Origin: Candidatus Pacearchaeota archaeon
Lineage (GTDB): Archaea > Nanobdellota > Nanobdellia > Pacearchaeales > GW2011-AR1
Length of the DNA stretch: 64,000 nt
Direction of reading: 5' to 3'
Assembly (NCBI GenBank): GCA_018304105.1
Contig: JAGVWX010000020.1
Coordinates: 27,111 to 91,110, forward strand
The position numbers and the translations under genes are program-made. Under the pieces are notes generated by a model. It did not search any database, had not been told where the DNA came from, and was given only the letters and a program-made list of their open reading frames with translations. Position 1 is the first letter of the stretch; each line of letters opens with the position of its first letter. Shown piece after piece: positions 1-9,294 of this stretch.

Positions 1-1091
1 AAGCAACTCCGGGGCTTGCGCCCAAGCCGGAAAGCAGAACTTTTCCATGAACTTCGCTCTCTGCTTTCTTGAATATAGTCGTTATTGGCCTCGACTGAAC
101 AATATAAATTCCGGTTTTGTCTATCGCAAACTCAATATCCTGCGGCTTGTCATAGTGCTCTTCCAGCATTCTTGCATACTGCGCGAGCCTTTTCAATTCA
201 TAAGTATCTAAGACTTGTTTCTTCGCCCTTTCTTCTCTCAATTTGACAGTCTCGTTCTTTCCGTCCTCATTTCTTACTATCGCAATTTTCTTAATAGATA
301 TTTTTTCTTCCAGAATATTAAAATTATCAATGTCCTTGTCAATTACATAATGGTCCGGCTTTATCTGCCCGGAAACAATTCCTTCTCCAAGCCCCCAAAC
401 TGCTTCGATAACAATACTTCTGTCATCGCTCGTAGGATTTCTTGAAAACATAACCCCTGATTTCTCAGAGTCAACCATCTTCTGGACAACCACTGAAAGA
501 TAAGATTTCGAGTGATCAAATCCTTTCTTAGTTCTGTAATAAATCGCCCTCGCAGTAAAAAGAGAAGACATGCACTCTTTCACTTTTTCAAGAAGCTCGT
601 CCTTTCCTCGAACATTCAGGAATGTATCCTGCTGGCCGGCAAAACTTGCATCTGCTAAGTCTTCTGTCGTGGCCGACGACCTGACAGCCACAAACGGCTC
701 GTCGCTCTTGTCTAATATTTCTAGCGCACCCTCGTTTTTTTCTTCTCCAGCACCAAGTATCTCGTACGCTTCTACTATTTCTTCTTTCATCTCTTCCGGA
801 AGACTCGCTTCTTCGATTATCTGCCTTATTTTTTTTGACGCTTGGTTAAGCGCGGAGGTATCATCTATATTCAAATTTGAAAGAACTTTGTCAATCTCCT
901 TGTCTATTTTTGTTTCTTTAATAAAATAAGAATACGCTTGAGCAGTCACAACAAATCCCGGCGGAACCGGCACTTTTGCATTATACATCTCAGCAAGGCT
1001 CGCCCCTTTACCACCAGCTATAGAAACATCCTTTTTACTCAATTCAGAAAACCACTTAATAATATCTGGCTTGTTCACCCCAGTTTCTTTC
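1..1091 (-). CDS. ppsA: Phosphoenolpyruvate synthase (pyruvate,water dikinase), N-terminal part; the gene continues past the window start
   Basis: Not in the ORF track because no stop falls inside the window. My reverse-strand translation from the ATG at ~1091 reads MKETGVNKPDIIKWFSELSKKDVSIAGGKGASLAEMY...FVAVRSSATTEDLADASFAGQQDTFLNVRGKDELLEKV...GVMFSRNPTSDD...EAVWGLGEGIVSG...QDIEFAIDKTGIYIVQSRPITT. These are the hallmark motifs of the PEP synthase/PPDK N-terminal domain, followed by the start of the PEP-utilising mobile domain. Confidence 0.8.
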
Positions 1092-1320
1092 ATAACAACG
1101 GATAACTAAATGAAGTTAATAAATATTCCTCTTAACGAATATTACTCACGACATATTCTGGTAATCATCACAATACTAACTAAACTTTTTAGAATTTACA
1201 ACATCATGCCCACAAACATTTTTCAAATCGCAGACCATGTAGAAAGAGTTTTATTATTAATCGTCGTTACAATATTAAATTAAGCTATTTTTGAATCTTT
1301 AGAATTGTATATCAATTAAT

Positions 1321-1863
1321 CTATTCCAGCTTCTCAAAAATAATTCTGTTTCTGAACGGTATTTTTGCTTTAACTTTTCTCAAGGCTTTTTTTGCGGCTT
1401 GGGCGCCCTTTTCAGTCACACATGAAATTTCAAAAACTTCTTTGCCCGCATTCACGATTGCCGCGCGCCCAACAGTGACTCCAAACGAGTGTTTCATTCC
1501 GTGAGATAATCTGTCCGCTCCGGCAGTTCCTCCGGCAGCTTTGTTTTCTCTTAGTATGTGATGAGGATAAGTCTTTATCACGAAGTAATATTCTCCCGGC
1601 GCGCTCAAGTCCATGGACTTATTGATAATCATTCTGCAAGCTTCAAGCGAGTTGTCCCTCATCTGGGCTTTTTCTTCCGCGACCAACTTCACAATATATT
1701 TGTGTTTTCCGTTTACGGCTCCCTGCTGGTCGCCCATGTTGTATTTTACAATTCTCAATGGTGGAACCGCTTTAATGTATGACCTGTTCTTCTTTGCAGA
1801 TTTTCTGGTGAACGGCCTGACTCTCTTCCTGCTGTATGCCGAAGCTTTTCTTAATGCTGCCAT
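1321..1863 (-). CDS. rpl10e: 50S ribosomal protein L10e (uL16)
   Basis: 180-aa basic protein; the N-terminus (ASAYSRKRVRPFTRKS) and the GADRLSHGMKHSFG block match archaeal/eukaryal L10e. It ends with a TAG stop. Confidence 0.9.
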   Translation of the reverse strand: MAALRKASAYSRKRVRPFTRKSAKKNRSYIKAVPPLRIVKYNMGDQQGAVNGKHKYIVKLVAEEKAQMRDNSLEACRMIINKSMDLSAPGEYYFVIKTYPHHILRENKAAGGTAGADRLSHGMKHSFGVTVGRAAIVNAGKEVFEISCVTEKGAQAAKKALRKVKAKIPFRNRIIFEKLE

Positions 1864-2163
1864 TTAATTCCTGTTCCTCATTTCACAATAACGCATATTA
1901 GGAAGCGAACCATCTTCTAAACCTATTCTGCCAGAACTCAACGCCGCATCTGACCAGCCAACAGGATTTATTTTACGCAATTTTTCAATATATGCTTTTA
2001 CTTCTCTTCCGGTAACTCTTGGAACTACTAAATTATCTCTGAGACCTTCGCAAGGAGATTGTAAAAAATAGAATTGGTCTTGGGGTAATTCTTCCGGCGC
2101 AACAAGCCGATTTCCCCATTTTAATTTTATCCCCGATTGAGTTTGTGTCTGTGTGTCGCTCAT
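1864..2163 (-). CDS. Hypothetical protein, 99 aa, packed between L10e and L35Ae; likely part of a translation-related operon
   Basis: Intact ORF on the same strand. Its stop abuts the L10e start and its start overlaps the L35Ae stop. I recognise no motif. Confidence 0.4.
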   Translation of the reverse strand: MSDTQTQTQSGIKLKWGNRLVAPEELPQDQFYFLQSPCEGLRDNLVVPRVTGREVKAYIEKLRKINPVGWSDAALSSGRIGLEDGSLPNMRYCEMRNRN

Positions 2164-2447
2164 CTTTTCTTCTCCTTTGTTTTTTCTGCATAATCAAAAA
2201 CTTCAACTTCTGTCGTTACGGCTTGTCCAGGAAGGCCTTTCTCAAATATTGCACGAACAAGCCCTTTGTTTCCATGAGCATCACTTATCTTTCCATGAAT
2301 TTCTTTTCCTGCAGGAGACTTCCAAACCACTGTCTTGCCGGCTAGTTTCTTAGCTTCATCTCTGCTCTTCAAACCAAGATCTAGCAAGAAATGCTTTTCT
2401 TTAATGACTTTCTTTCCTCGTCTAAACTGTACAACTATTCCGTTCAT
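2160..2447 (-). CDS. rpl35ae: 50S ribosomal protein L35Ae
   Basis: 95 aa. The blocks VVWKSPAGKEIHGKISDAHGNKGLVRAIFEKGLPGQA match the L35Ae family (VVWKT..G.I.GKI.R.HGNSG..RA.F...LPG). Confidence 0.85.
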   Translation of the reverse strand: MNGIVVQFRRGKKVIKEKHFLLDLGLKSRDEAKKLAGKTVVWKSPAGKEIHGKISDAHGNKGLVRAIFEKGLPGQAVTTEVEVFDYAEKTKEKKR

Positions 2448-2713
2448 TTGAATTGGTCTCCCGATTTAATTCGAATGAATGAAAATTCGCAATTTGCTTT
2501 CATGAAAGAGATTTACAATTCGGGGTTTTTAAAGTTTAGCCCTTCAAATATTAAAAACGTAAATAATGAATCGACAATAGAAACCTAATCACAAAACGGT
2601 TTGGGGTGGTGGTTACATAATTTTTGGGCGCGAGTGGGGAGCAGAAAATGTCAAGAGCAATTTTGTTAACGCCATTCACATCATAGTTAAATACTTTTTT
2701 AACACTAATAAAT

Positions 2714-2893
2714 ATGAAAATCAATAATAAAAGAGGCGTTAAGTTGTTCATGTGCGCTGGCTGCGGGAAAACTTTTAACTCAGACAGTTCTTCAAGAAAA
2801 GCCTTGTTAGAACATCAAGGAAACAATTACTGTGACGGCTATTTCATAATCGAGATGGTAAACCAGCGCGCCGAGAAAATCAGAAACCAATAG
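2714..2893 (+). CDS. Small zinc-finger protein (59 aa, C2H2/zinc-ribbon-like); not in the ORF track
   Basis: My translation: MKINNKRGVKLFMCAGCGKTFNSDSSSRKALLEHQGNNYCDGYF... It has a CxxC pair and later H/C ligands, and its 3' end overlaps the convergent gene. The function is only inferred. Confidence 0.35.
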   Translation: MKINNKRGVKLFMCAGCGKTFNSDSSSRKALLEHQGNNYCDGYFIIEMVNQRAEKIRNQ

Positions 2894-4700
2894 TAAACTT
2901 TCCGTATTCTTTCTTCAATGCATCAACAATCTCTGAAGGTAAAGAGAATTGCGTTCTTTCTTTTGTCTCTTTCAGCGCTTTCTCAAGCGATGTTCTGTCG
3001 CTGTCAACAAATTTGTTTTCATTAAATCTTTTTATCTTTCCGTCTTGCGTCACGGCAAAAACTCCTTCATCCGTCGCCACAACCTCCGCCCAGCCTTTCT
3101 CAAAATTAATCTTTGCAACTCCCTTTTCCATAGAAACAAGTTCTTTCCTCTGTGAATACTCTGTTAAAACATTCACCAAATCTGAAGAATCTCTAGCATA
3201 TCTTTGCATCTCGCTTTGCGGAACTCCTTTTCCTTTGACTTTTAACTTCAGCTTAGAAATTTCTTTTGCAACATTCAGCATCCTTTCCGGCACTCTGCCT
3301 TTCTTCACCATATTGTCTTCAAAATCCGAAATCAACGCTTCCTGTCCTTTGTTTCCAAATATTTTCTTCATCAGGTCAAAAACTTCCTTGTTCAAACTCT
3401 CAGCTTGATGTTCCTGCATTCTCTTTTCCAAGCTAGCCCTCATTTCCTTCATCCTTTTAACATAATCCATTCCTTCCTTAAGCAATTCATCAACTTCATT
3501 TCCCGAAATCTCTTTCAACGTTCCGTGTTCATAATCTTTGTACGCCTTTACAACTTTCTCAAGAGTTTTCAGTTCTTTTTCAGTCATCAGTTTTTCTTTT
3601 TCAACTAAAATTTTCCTTACCTCTTGGACAATTGTCTTCGGAACAGGCGGAGCATGTCCTGCAAGCATCATCATCGCCTGCGTCGGAGTCACAACCCCAA
3701 AATAAACGTCAACCATATTGTCAAGCTGTCTTCTCTTCACGATATCAACTGTTCTGTCTCCTTCTTTCATGTAAAGGTCAATCGCTTCTGGCGACGGCTT
3801 AATCTTTCCCATCTGCAAAAGTCTCTTCCACGGAATGAAAGTTCCCCTGTCATAAAGCGGAATTCCGTCCCTTATGAAAGTAAACATAATCGGCTGTGCG
3901 TCCTTAACGCTCTGCCAGAAATCCGTAAGCAAATAAACCTGCACGTTAAGTATATTTTTCACACCAGCCAACGCGCTAGCTTCTTTGACATATTCATAAA
4001 CAATTTTTCCTCTTAACTTTTCTAACAACTCAACTCTTGACATCCTCTTAACGTCAGTGTCGTCAATAATTATAAAAGTGTCAATATCTGAGTTCTCATC
4101 TGCAGTTCCTCTGACAAGAGACCCGCCAATTGCATAAGTAGCAACATATCTTATCCTTCCAACATTCAGCCAGTTCAAAACCAAATTCTTGTGGATGGAT
4201 GCAACTCTCAACGCTCCCAAAAATCCCTTGTCATAAAGTGGAAAACTTGCCCCAACAGCATCGATAAACTCGAACTTGCTGTCCAATCCGTAATTCCACA
4301 TATCCACTTCCGCAGTTTTGATGTGCACCCAAAGTTTTTCTCCAGAAGTCTTTGCAATTTCAATCACATCTTTCTTTATATTATTCAACTCTTTGTATTG
4401 TTCTTCGGGCATAATCATAATCAGATGCAATGGTTTTTTGTCAATCTCTTCTTTTGGCAGGCCTTCGTCTTCCTCAAACATCGGGTTTGCATTCGGCGGT
4501 AAAATCCCAAGAGAAATTATGAACGGAAATTTCTTCAGCATCTTTTTTTTAAAATCTTCAAGCTTCTTCTTCAATTTCTCGTAATCAATTTGCTGAGGCA
4601 TTCCTGCAGACATTCCCATAGGCAATCCCGGCGCAACATTCGGCCTGTATTTGTTCGAAGAAGATAAACTATCTGCCAAGTTTTCTGGTTTTTTTTCCAT
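2880..4700 (-). CDS. Large nucleotidyltransferase-domain protein (pol-beta superfamily; GS-x2-RGT-x5-SDID motif as in OAS, CD-NTase and class I CCA enzymes) with a long helical C-terminal region
   Basis: 606 aa. The central motif is YAIGGSLVRGTADENSDIDTFIIIDD, and a candidate third acidic residue sits in YLLTD. About 170 aa lie N-terminal of the NTase domain and about 330 aa of charged coiled-coil-like sequence lie C-terminal. Confidence 0.6.
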   Translation of the reverse strand: MEKKPENLADSLSSSNKYRPNVAPGLPMGMSAGMPQQIDYEKLKKKLEDFKKKMLKKFPFIISLGILPPNANPMFEEDEGLPKEEIDKKPLHLIMIMPEEQYKELNNIKKDVIEIAKTSGEKLWVHIKTAEVDMWNYGLDSKFEFIDAVGASFPLYDKGFLGALRVASIHKNLVLNWLNVGRIRYVATYAIGGSLVRGTADENSDIDTFIIIDDTDVKRMSRVELLEKLRGKIVYEYVKEASALAGVKNILNVQVYLLTDFWQSVKDAQPIMFTFIRDGIPLYDRGTFIPWKRLLQMGKIKPSPEAIDLYMKEGDRTVDIVKRRQLDNMVDVYFGVVTPTQAMMMLAGHAPPVPKTIVQEVRKILVEKEKLMTEKELKTLEKVVKAYKDYEHGTLKEISGNEVDELLKEGMDYVKRMKEMRASLEKRMQEHQAESLNKEVFDLMKKIFGNKGQEALISDFEDNMVKKGRVPERMLNVAKEISKLKLKVKGKGVPQSEMQRYARDSSDLVNVLTEYSQRKELVSMEKGVAKINFEKGWAEVVATDEGVFAVTQDGKIKRFNENKFVDSDRTSLEKALKETKERTQFSLPSEIVDALKKEYGKFTIGF

Positions 4701-4736
4701 GTTTAAAAAAATTACAGTTGGTATTTAAAGGTATGG

Positions 4737-5126
4737 TTAAAAAGTTCGTGCAGCAGGAATCGTTTCTTTGTCATCGGTTTCAGTTTCATAAGCCTGCGAC
4801 TTATGGCCGTTTTCTCTCAGCAGGGCAGCAATTCGCAAATTTTCTTGATGCATTCTAACAAAAACTCCTCCATCCTGACTCGCATCCAAAATTCTATCTG
4901 AAGTGACGCTAATTACAGAATGGGGAAAATTTCCCACATAATCCTGACTTTCTCTAAATTTTTTTTGATATTCCTCAACCTGATGTCTCTGTGGATTCTC
5001 GATCTCAATAAGGAATTCTCCGCGGTTCAGAATACCTTTTATTTTAGTCGTCCTATATCCTGCTTGTTCAGCTATATTTTTTGCTTCTGATGCTCTTGCC
5101 TTGCTCATGACCTCGCAAATCTTCAT
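4737..5126 (-). CDS. Hypothetical protein (129 aa), immediately upstream of the NTase gene on the same strand
   Basis: Intact ORF with a 36-nt gap to the NTase gene. No motif recognised. Confidence 0.45.
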   Translation of the reverse strand: MKICEVMSKARASEAKNIAEQAGYRTTKIKGILNRGEFLIEIENPQRHQVEEYQKKFRESQDYVGNFPHSVISVTSDRILDASQDGGVFVRMHQENLRIAALLRENGHKSQAYETETDDKETIPAARTF

Positions 5127-5209
5127 AAAATCGTTCTGAACTCTTCCTATTTAAACTTTCACAATTCTCCTATAAGCAACTTTATAAAATCCTTTCATCT
5201 GTAATTCAA

Positions 5210-5743
5210 ATGAATGCAAAGAGGACTGAAAGAAAGTACTTGCCAGAGTTTGTTTACGGCGCAACCGATGGCACGGTAACAACATTCGCTGTTGTTGCTG
5301 GCGCAATGGGGGCTTCTTTTTCGCCGGTTATTGCGCTGATTCTTGGATTTGCAAACCTCTTTGCAGACGGCTTCTCAATGGCAATTTCAAATTATCTTTC
5401 GTCAAAATCTCATCTCGAACTTCATAAAAAGAATGACAGCAAATGCGAAGAGCACAAAAGTCCAAAAAGAACTGCGCTTGTCACATTCGCAGCGTTTATT
5501 CTAATCGGTTTCATACCGTTGCTCCCATTCTTTGTTGGAATTTTCTCACCCGCAATAGAAGTTTACCAATTCAAAATTTCTATAGCTCTTACCGCAGCAG
5601 CATTCCTGCTCATCGGCGCAGCAAAAGGAAAAGTCGTCGGCAAAAGGTCAGTTCATTCCGCAATCGAAACGCTTGTCATCGGAGGCACCGCAGCAATTCT
5701 CGCTTACTTAGTTGGCTATTTCCTGCAAGGTTTAGTAGCATAG
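5210..5743 (+). CDS. VIT1/CCC1-family (DUF125) membrane protein, putative Fe/Mn transporter
   Basis: 177 aa. The N-terminal GATDGTVTTFAVVAG block matches the VIT-family signature (GANDGLVS-like), and there are several TM segments. Confidence 0.7.
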   Translation: MNAKRTERKYLPEFVYGATDGTVTTFAVVAGAMGASFSPVIALILGFANLFADGFSMAISNYLSSKSHLELHKKNDSKCEEHKSPKRTALVTFAAFILIGFIPLLPFFVGIFSPAIEVYQFKISIALTAAAFLLIGAAKGKVVGKRSVHSAIETLVIGGTAAILAYLVGYFLQGLVA

Positions 5744-5777
5744 AAATCGTTAAATACTCAGCATTCTCGGGTTTTTT

Positions 5778-6227
5778 ATGGTACATTTGCACTTTGAAAA
5801 TAATCCTTGGAGATGGCCAAGCATATACGCAGCGGCAGTCGTACAAAGATTAAAATTTGCAGATCCAAAAAGCCAATACTCACATAGGGATCTAGGCCCA
5901 TTAAATATGTTTGATGAGCCAGCCACAGTTGGCGAAGGCGTATTTAGAAGAGGATGGTTTGGTTGGCAAAGACAAGTCGCAGTTATAAGGCATTGGACAG
6001 ATTATTCCAGCAACGGTCCGGGAAACATAACAATAGATTCAACATTGGATAGATTGCTTCCAGAAACAGAATTACGGAGAATTATTGAAAGTGTGAAAGC
6101 CCACGAGGAGCCGCAGCAAACAGCAGGATGTGATATTTCTTTATACCTAGGTCCAGAATTTTTATACAATAACGGAGGTAAAAATGACAAACGAACAAAC
6201 AAGAATAGTAAGAGCAGACCTGCATAA
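5778..6227 (+). CDS. Hypothetical protein (149 aa)
   Basis: ORF in a locally GC-richer stretch. Its 3' end overlaps the PHP gene start by 44 nt in another frame. No motif recognised. Confidence 0.35.
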   Translation: MVHLHFENNPWRWPSIYAAAVVQRLKFADPKSQYSHRDLGPLNMFDEPATVGEGVFRRGWFGWQRQVAVIRHWTDYSSNGPGNITIDSTLDRLLPETELRRIIESVKAHEEPQQTAGCDISLYLGPEFLYNNGGKNDKRTNKNSKSRPA

Positions 6228-7107
6228 TCATCTTAGAACAAGCAGCTATTGGCGCAGGGGCGATTTTAACAGAGCGGTCGACGTTGCACAAAGAAGATTA
6301 GGCGCAGGCGGAATCACTGGTTTGATAAATTTTTCTGATAAAAGATTCGAGACTTTTGCTGAGTTGCCCGGCTATGAAAGAACTTTTGTAGGCGAGAGCC
6401 AAAACGCAATATACGTTCCGCAAAAGGATATCTTAATCGCAAAAGGCCAGGAAATTCCAACTCAACAAGGTCACTTGCTAGTTTTAGGTTTACCAAAAGA
6501 TGTTCATCTAAAAGACTGGGGAGATTTAGAAAATACAATGAAAGAAGCAAGAAAAAATGGCGGCTCAAACGTCGCAGACCATTTATTTTCAAGAAGCGGA
6601 ATCGGACCACACATTCAGGAAAAACTAGAGTTATTTGAACAACTAGACGCAATAGAAGTTTTCAACGGTGAAGCAGACCTTTGGTTTCCTGGTCTAATGC
6701 CAAGAAATGCAAATCCAAAAGCCTTAAGATTTTATCAAGGCTATAATCCTTCAGGAGTCGGAGCATTAACAACTGGAGATGGACATTCGTTTGACGAAGT
6801 GGGAAGATGCTGGACTGCACTTGACGCACAAAGAAATTATGAAAGATTTGATACAAAAAGATTCAGGCAAGCAGTTAAATCAGCTCCAGCTTCCCCGGAA
6901 TATTCGATGCAAAGTTATCATAAACTTGACGGATACCCAGCGTTTGGTCCGGTTTCAGTAAGGCAAAGAAGAAATCCCCTAAAGCTGGAAGCATTAACGC
7001 ACATTGCGCTTCTTGGTGCATTAGTATGCGGAGCAAAGATTTCCCAGCCAGTTAGAAGTCTAGTCGGAATCGAAAAATACTACGACATTCCGCGCCCAGT
7101 AACTTAA
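6184..7107 (+). CDS. PHP-domain (polymerase/histidinol-phosphatase-like) metal-dependent phosphoesterase
   Basis: 307 aa. The N-terminal ADLHNHLRTS motif (the H-x-H that opens PHP domains), plus downstream conserved His/Asp residues. Confidence 0.55.
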   Translation: MTNEQTRIVRADLHNHLRTSSYWRRGDFNRAVDVAQRRLGAGGITGLINFSDKRFETFAELPGYERTFVGESQNAIYVPQKDILIAKGQEIPTQQGHLLVLGLPKDVHLKDWGDLENTMKEARKNGGSNVADHLFSRSGIGPHIQEKLELFEQLDAIEVFNGEADLWFPGLMPRNANPKALRFYQGYNPSGVGALTTGDGHSFDEVGRCWTALDAQRNYERFDTKRFRQAVKSAPASPEYSMQSYHKLDGYPAFGPVSVRQRRNPLKLEALTHIALLGALVCGAKISQPVRSLVGIEKYYDIPRPVT

Positions 7108-7143
7108 GGCAATAATTAAAAACTCCTTTTCTTTAACTTATCA

Positions 7144-7698
7144 ATGCCTTACGCAGTAGCTCACATTCTTGTTCCGATAATTCTCGTAGCATTATTCAGA
7201 GATTTTTATCTCAAAAGCAGAGACAGAAAAGAATTTCCTCTTCACTATGTTCTTTTAGCCGGTCTCGGCGGCGTTCTTCCGGACATAGACTTGCCCATCT
7301 CTGTCGTTCTAAATTTTCTCGGCTTCGCAAGCTGGAACGTCCATAAAACATTTACGCATTCGTTACTCTTTCCCGTAATTTTCTTATTATTATTTTTAGT
7401 TCTTCTGCCAGTTCATAAGAAAGCAAGAATCTGCAATCTAACAAGACACAAACTGAAGCTCAGCATAATCTTTCTCATAGTTGCCATAGGAAGCCTCATT
7501 CACATCTTCCTTGATGCACTCGTAGGAGGCCAAGCATTTTTCTTTTATCCATTTTCTATACACGATTACGGTCTTTACTTAACAGAATACCTTCCTAAAG
7601 AACTTCAAGCACTCTCGCTCCCCTTGCTCGACGGAATTTTTCTCGTAATTTGGATTGCTTATTTGGAAGTAAAACATAAAATCTCAGACTTTATTTAA
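7144..7698 (+). CDS. Membrane-bound metal-dependent hydrolase, DUF457/YdjM-like
   Basis: 184 aa with four or five TM helices and conserved His residues (HILVP, HKTFTHS, HIFLDA), typical of YdjM/DUF457. Confidence 0.5.
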   Translation: MPYAVAHILVPIILVALFRDFYLKSRDRKEFPLHYVLLAGLGGVLPDIDLPISVVLNFLGFASWNVHKTFTHSLLFPVIFLLLFLVLLPVHKKARICNLTRHKLKLSIIFLIVAIGSLIHIFLDALVGGQAFFFYPFSIHDYGLYLTEYLPKELQALSLPLLDGIFLVIWIAYLEVKHKISDFI

Positions 7699-8049
7699 AC
7701 TTCTAGTTCTAAAAAACAACTTGCTGTATTCTCTGCAAAATTCAGAAGAAATCCCAGAACGAGGAAGCTCATTAATTTCGCAATATCTGTCTCTTACTGC
7801 AGCGATTCCTCTTTCAGAATGTTCGCATCTCGCCTGTTCAAGTCCGTTGTCGCTTGCAACAGGGTGACTGCAAGTACAATATCTTTGATACACTTCTAAA
7901 TCTTCGGCAGAATAAACTCCCCTTTCTCTATCACCAAATTCCAAGCGATACCTTTTTTTACCTGCTTTAGTAACCCTTGCAACCTGTCCAAATCGCCTGC
8001 TTTCTTTAGAAACAACAATTGCTATTAAATTTCCTAAATTTGATGTCAC
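7684..8049 (-). CDS. Hypothetical Cys/His-rich protein (121 aa)
   Basis: ORF carrying CTCSHP...CEHSERG...C...C; possibly metal-binding. No family recognised. Confidence 0.35.
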   Translation of the reverse strand: MTSNLGNLIAIVVSKESRRFGQVARVTKAGKKRYRLEFGDRERGVYSAEDLEVYQRYCTCSHPVASDNGLEQARCEHSERGIAAVRDRYCEINELPRSGISSEFCREYSKLFFRTRSLNKV

Positions 8050-8090
8050 CTAAATAAAAAATGTCTGGGTTTATATCTATTTGTATAATT

Positions 8091-8342
8091 CTATTCCACT
8101 GACTCTCTTCCATCAAAATAAACACATCTTTGGTAATTATTGCTTAAACACCACAACTGAAGCGAAGCGCAATCGCACACATCTCTCCTACTTTCTGATA
8201 TTTTCCCTCTATGAATGTTTTTCCCGCAATAAGGGCCGGTCTCGTCTCTTCTGATATGCTGACACTTTATCTGCTTTTCAGAATCCCTAAACAGTTCATC
8301 AATTAAACTCTCTGCAGGACTAATTGAGCGCACCATACTCAA
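8091..8342 (-). CDS. Hypothetical small Cys-containing protein (83 aa)
   Basis: ORF only. It shares a 4-nt overlap with the next upstream gene (8339). Confidence 0.3.
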   Translation of the reverse strand: MSMVRSISPAESLIDELFRDSEKQIKCQHIRRDETGPYCGKNIHRGKISESRRDVCDCASLQLWCLSNNYQRCVYFDGRESVE

Positions 8343-8533
8343 ACTCCAAGAAATTTAAGCAGTTCATAAACCAGAAACGCCGGCCAAACAAGTGCTTTCA
8401 AAATTCCCAGAACGCCCATCCAAAAACCTGTAGCATTTGAAACATAATATATCGCCGCCCCAACAAAGCCTAGACCGTAAGCTGCTCCGCCCCCATGACT
8501 GCATCCATGATGTTTCCACTCTTTCTTTGCCAT
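8339..8533 (-). CDS. Small hydrophobic membrane protein (64 aa)
   Basis: Two predicted TM segments (GLGFVGAAIYYV, VLGILKALVWPAFLV). Confidence 0.35.
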   Translation of the reverse strand: MAKKEWKHHGCSHGGGAAYGLGFVGAAIYYVSNATGFWMGVLGILKALVWPAFLVYELLKFLGV

Positions 8534-8582
8534 TGTTCCAAGATGTTTTTCGAATTTATATATTTTTCTAGAAACAATAAAA

Positions 8583-8653
8583 TGACCGCACCAAGAATCG
8601 GACTTGGGTTTCCTCGACGTGAACGAGGCGTTCTACCATTGGACTATGCGGTC
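8583..8653 (-). tRNA. tRNA-Val (anticodon CAC)
   Basis: The reverse complement folds by eye as acceptor GACCGCA/TGCGGTC, a D arm, anticodon stem CCTCG/CGAGG with loop TTCACGT (CAC), T arm CCAAG-TCCGATT-CTTGG, and discriminator A. There is one C-A mismatch in the D stem and the T loop is TCC rather than TTC. Confidence 0.55.
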
Positions 8654-8732
8654 TCAATCAAACTAATTCCTCAAGTTTATAAGGATTTTTGATAACCGCA
8701 ATATTTTTTAACTCAGAATTTTCAGTCCTATT

Positions 8733-9161
8733 ATGGAACGTTTGTATACAAGAAACAAAGCAAATCGCGCCACGAAAAAAGTCGAATTCGTTTGTGATCT
8801 CGCCCTGCAAGTGTTCGAATCAATTGGTCTTGATCGGACTGTCTTGGGAAAGGCTGCATCAAAGCCATTCGATCCCGGTTCGCCGAGATTTCAACCCGAT
8901 GAAATGTTCTATTTCCGCTTTGACGATAGCCGCCGCATGCATCTCGCTACTGCCACTTACGTGGGCCAGAACGGTACAGGACAAGACGAACTTACTTTTG
9001 ATTTTGAACCAGTACTTGGAGACCCAAGAACATTAGAAAGATGCCGAACAGAATTAAATCACGTGGTCATTACAGATATGGCTGGTCGGGCCGTCATGCA
9101 CCTTGATGGCACTCCTGCTAGCGGCAATTATGGAGTCCCTGGAACCTTTGCCAGAAGGTGA
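8733..9161 (+). CDS. Hypothetical protein (142 aa) in a conspicuously GC-richer segment; probably foreign
   Basis: The ORF has visibly higher G+C than its neighbours. It lies between the two tRNA-Val genes, next to a duplicated tRNA 3' fragment. Confidence 0.45.
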   Translation: MERLYTRNKANRATKKVEFVCDLALQVFESIGLDRTVLGKAASKPFDPGSPRFQPDEMFYFRFDDSRRMHLATATYVGQNGTGQDELTFDFEPVLGDPRTLERCRTELNHVVITDMAGRAVMHLDGTPASGNYGVPGTFARR

Positions 9162-9182
9162 ATAGTTAAATAATGGCTCTGG

Positions 9183-9219
9183 GCAGAATCGAACTGCGGT
9201 ATGCTCGGTGTAAACGAGC
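9183..9219. repeat. 37-nt exact direct repeat of the 3' half of tRNA-Val(TAC), from acceptor 3' end to anticodon loop; an att-like scar
   Basis: GCAGAATCGAACTGCGGTATGCTCGGTGTAAACGAGC is identical to 10219-10255 inside the intact tRNA. There is weaker similarity for another ~10 nt on the acceptor side. Confidence 0.65.
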
Positions 9220-9294
9220 GTATACTATTTTTTACTATAAAATTAAGAACCTTTTACCTTGCCATAGGTTTACTCTAAATATTAAAAGAACCAG

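Noticed and set aside
2391-2751. Small ORFs (65-66 aa) in the L35Ae upstream region
   Set aside because: They sit in an AT-rich intergenic or promoter region and have no motifs. Only the 59-aa CxxC zinc-finger ORF at 2714 was kept, at low confidence.
8495-8692. 65-aa plus-strand ORF
   Set aside because: It overlaps the tRNA-Val(CAC) gene on the opposite strand and has no support.
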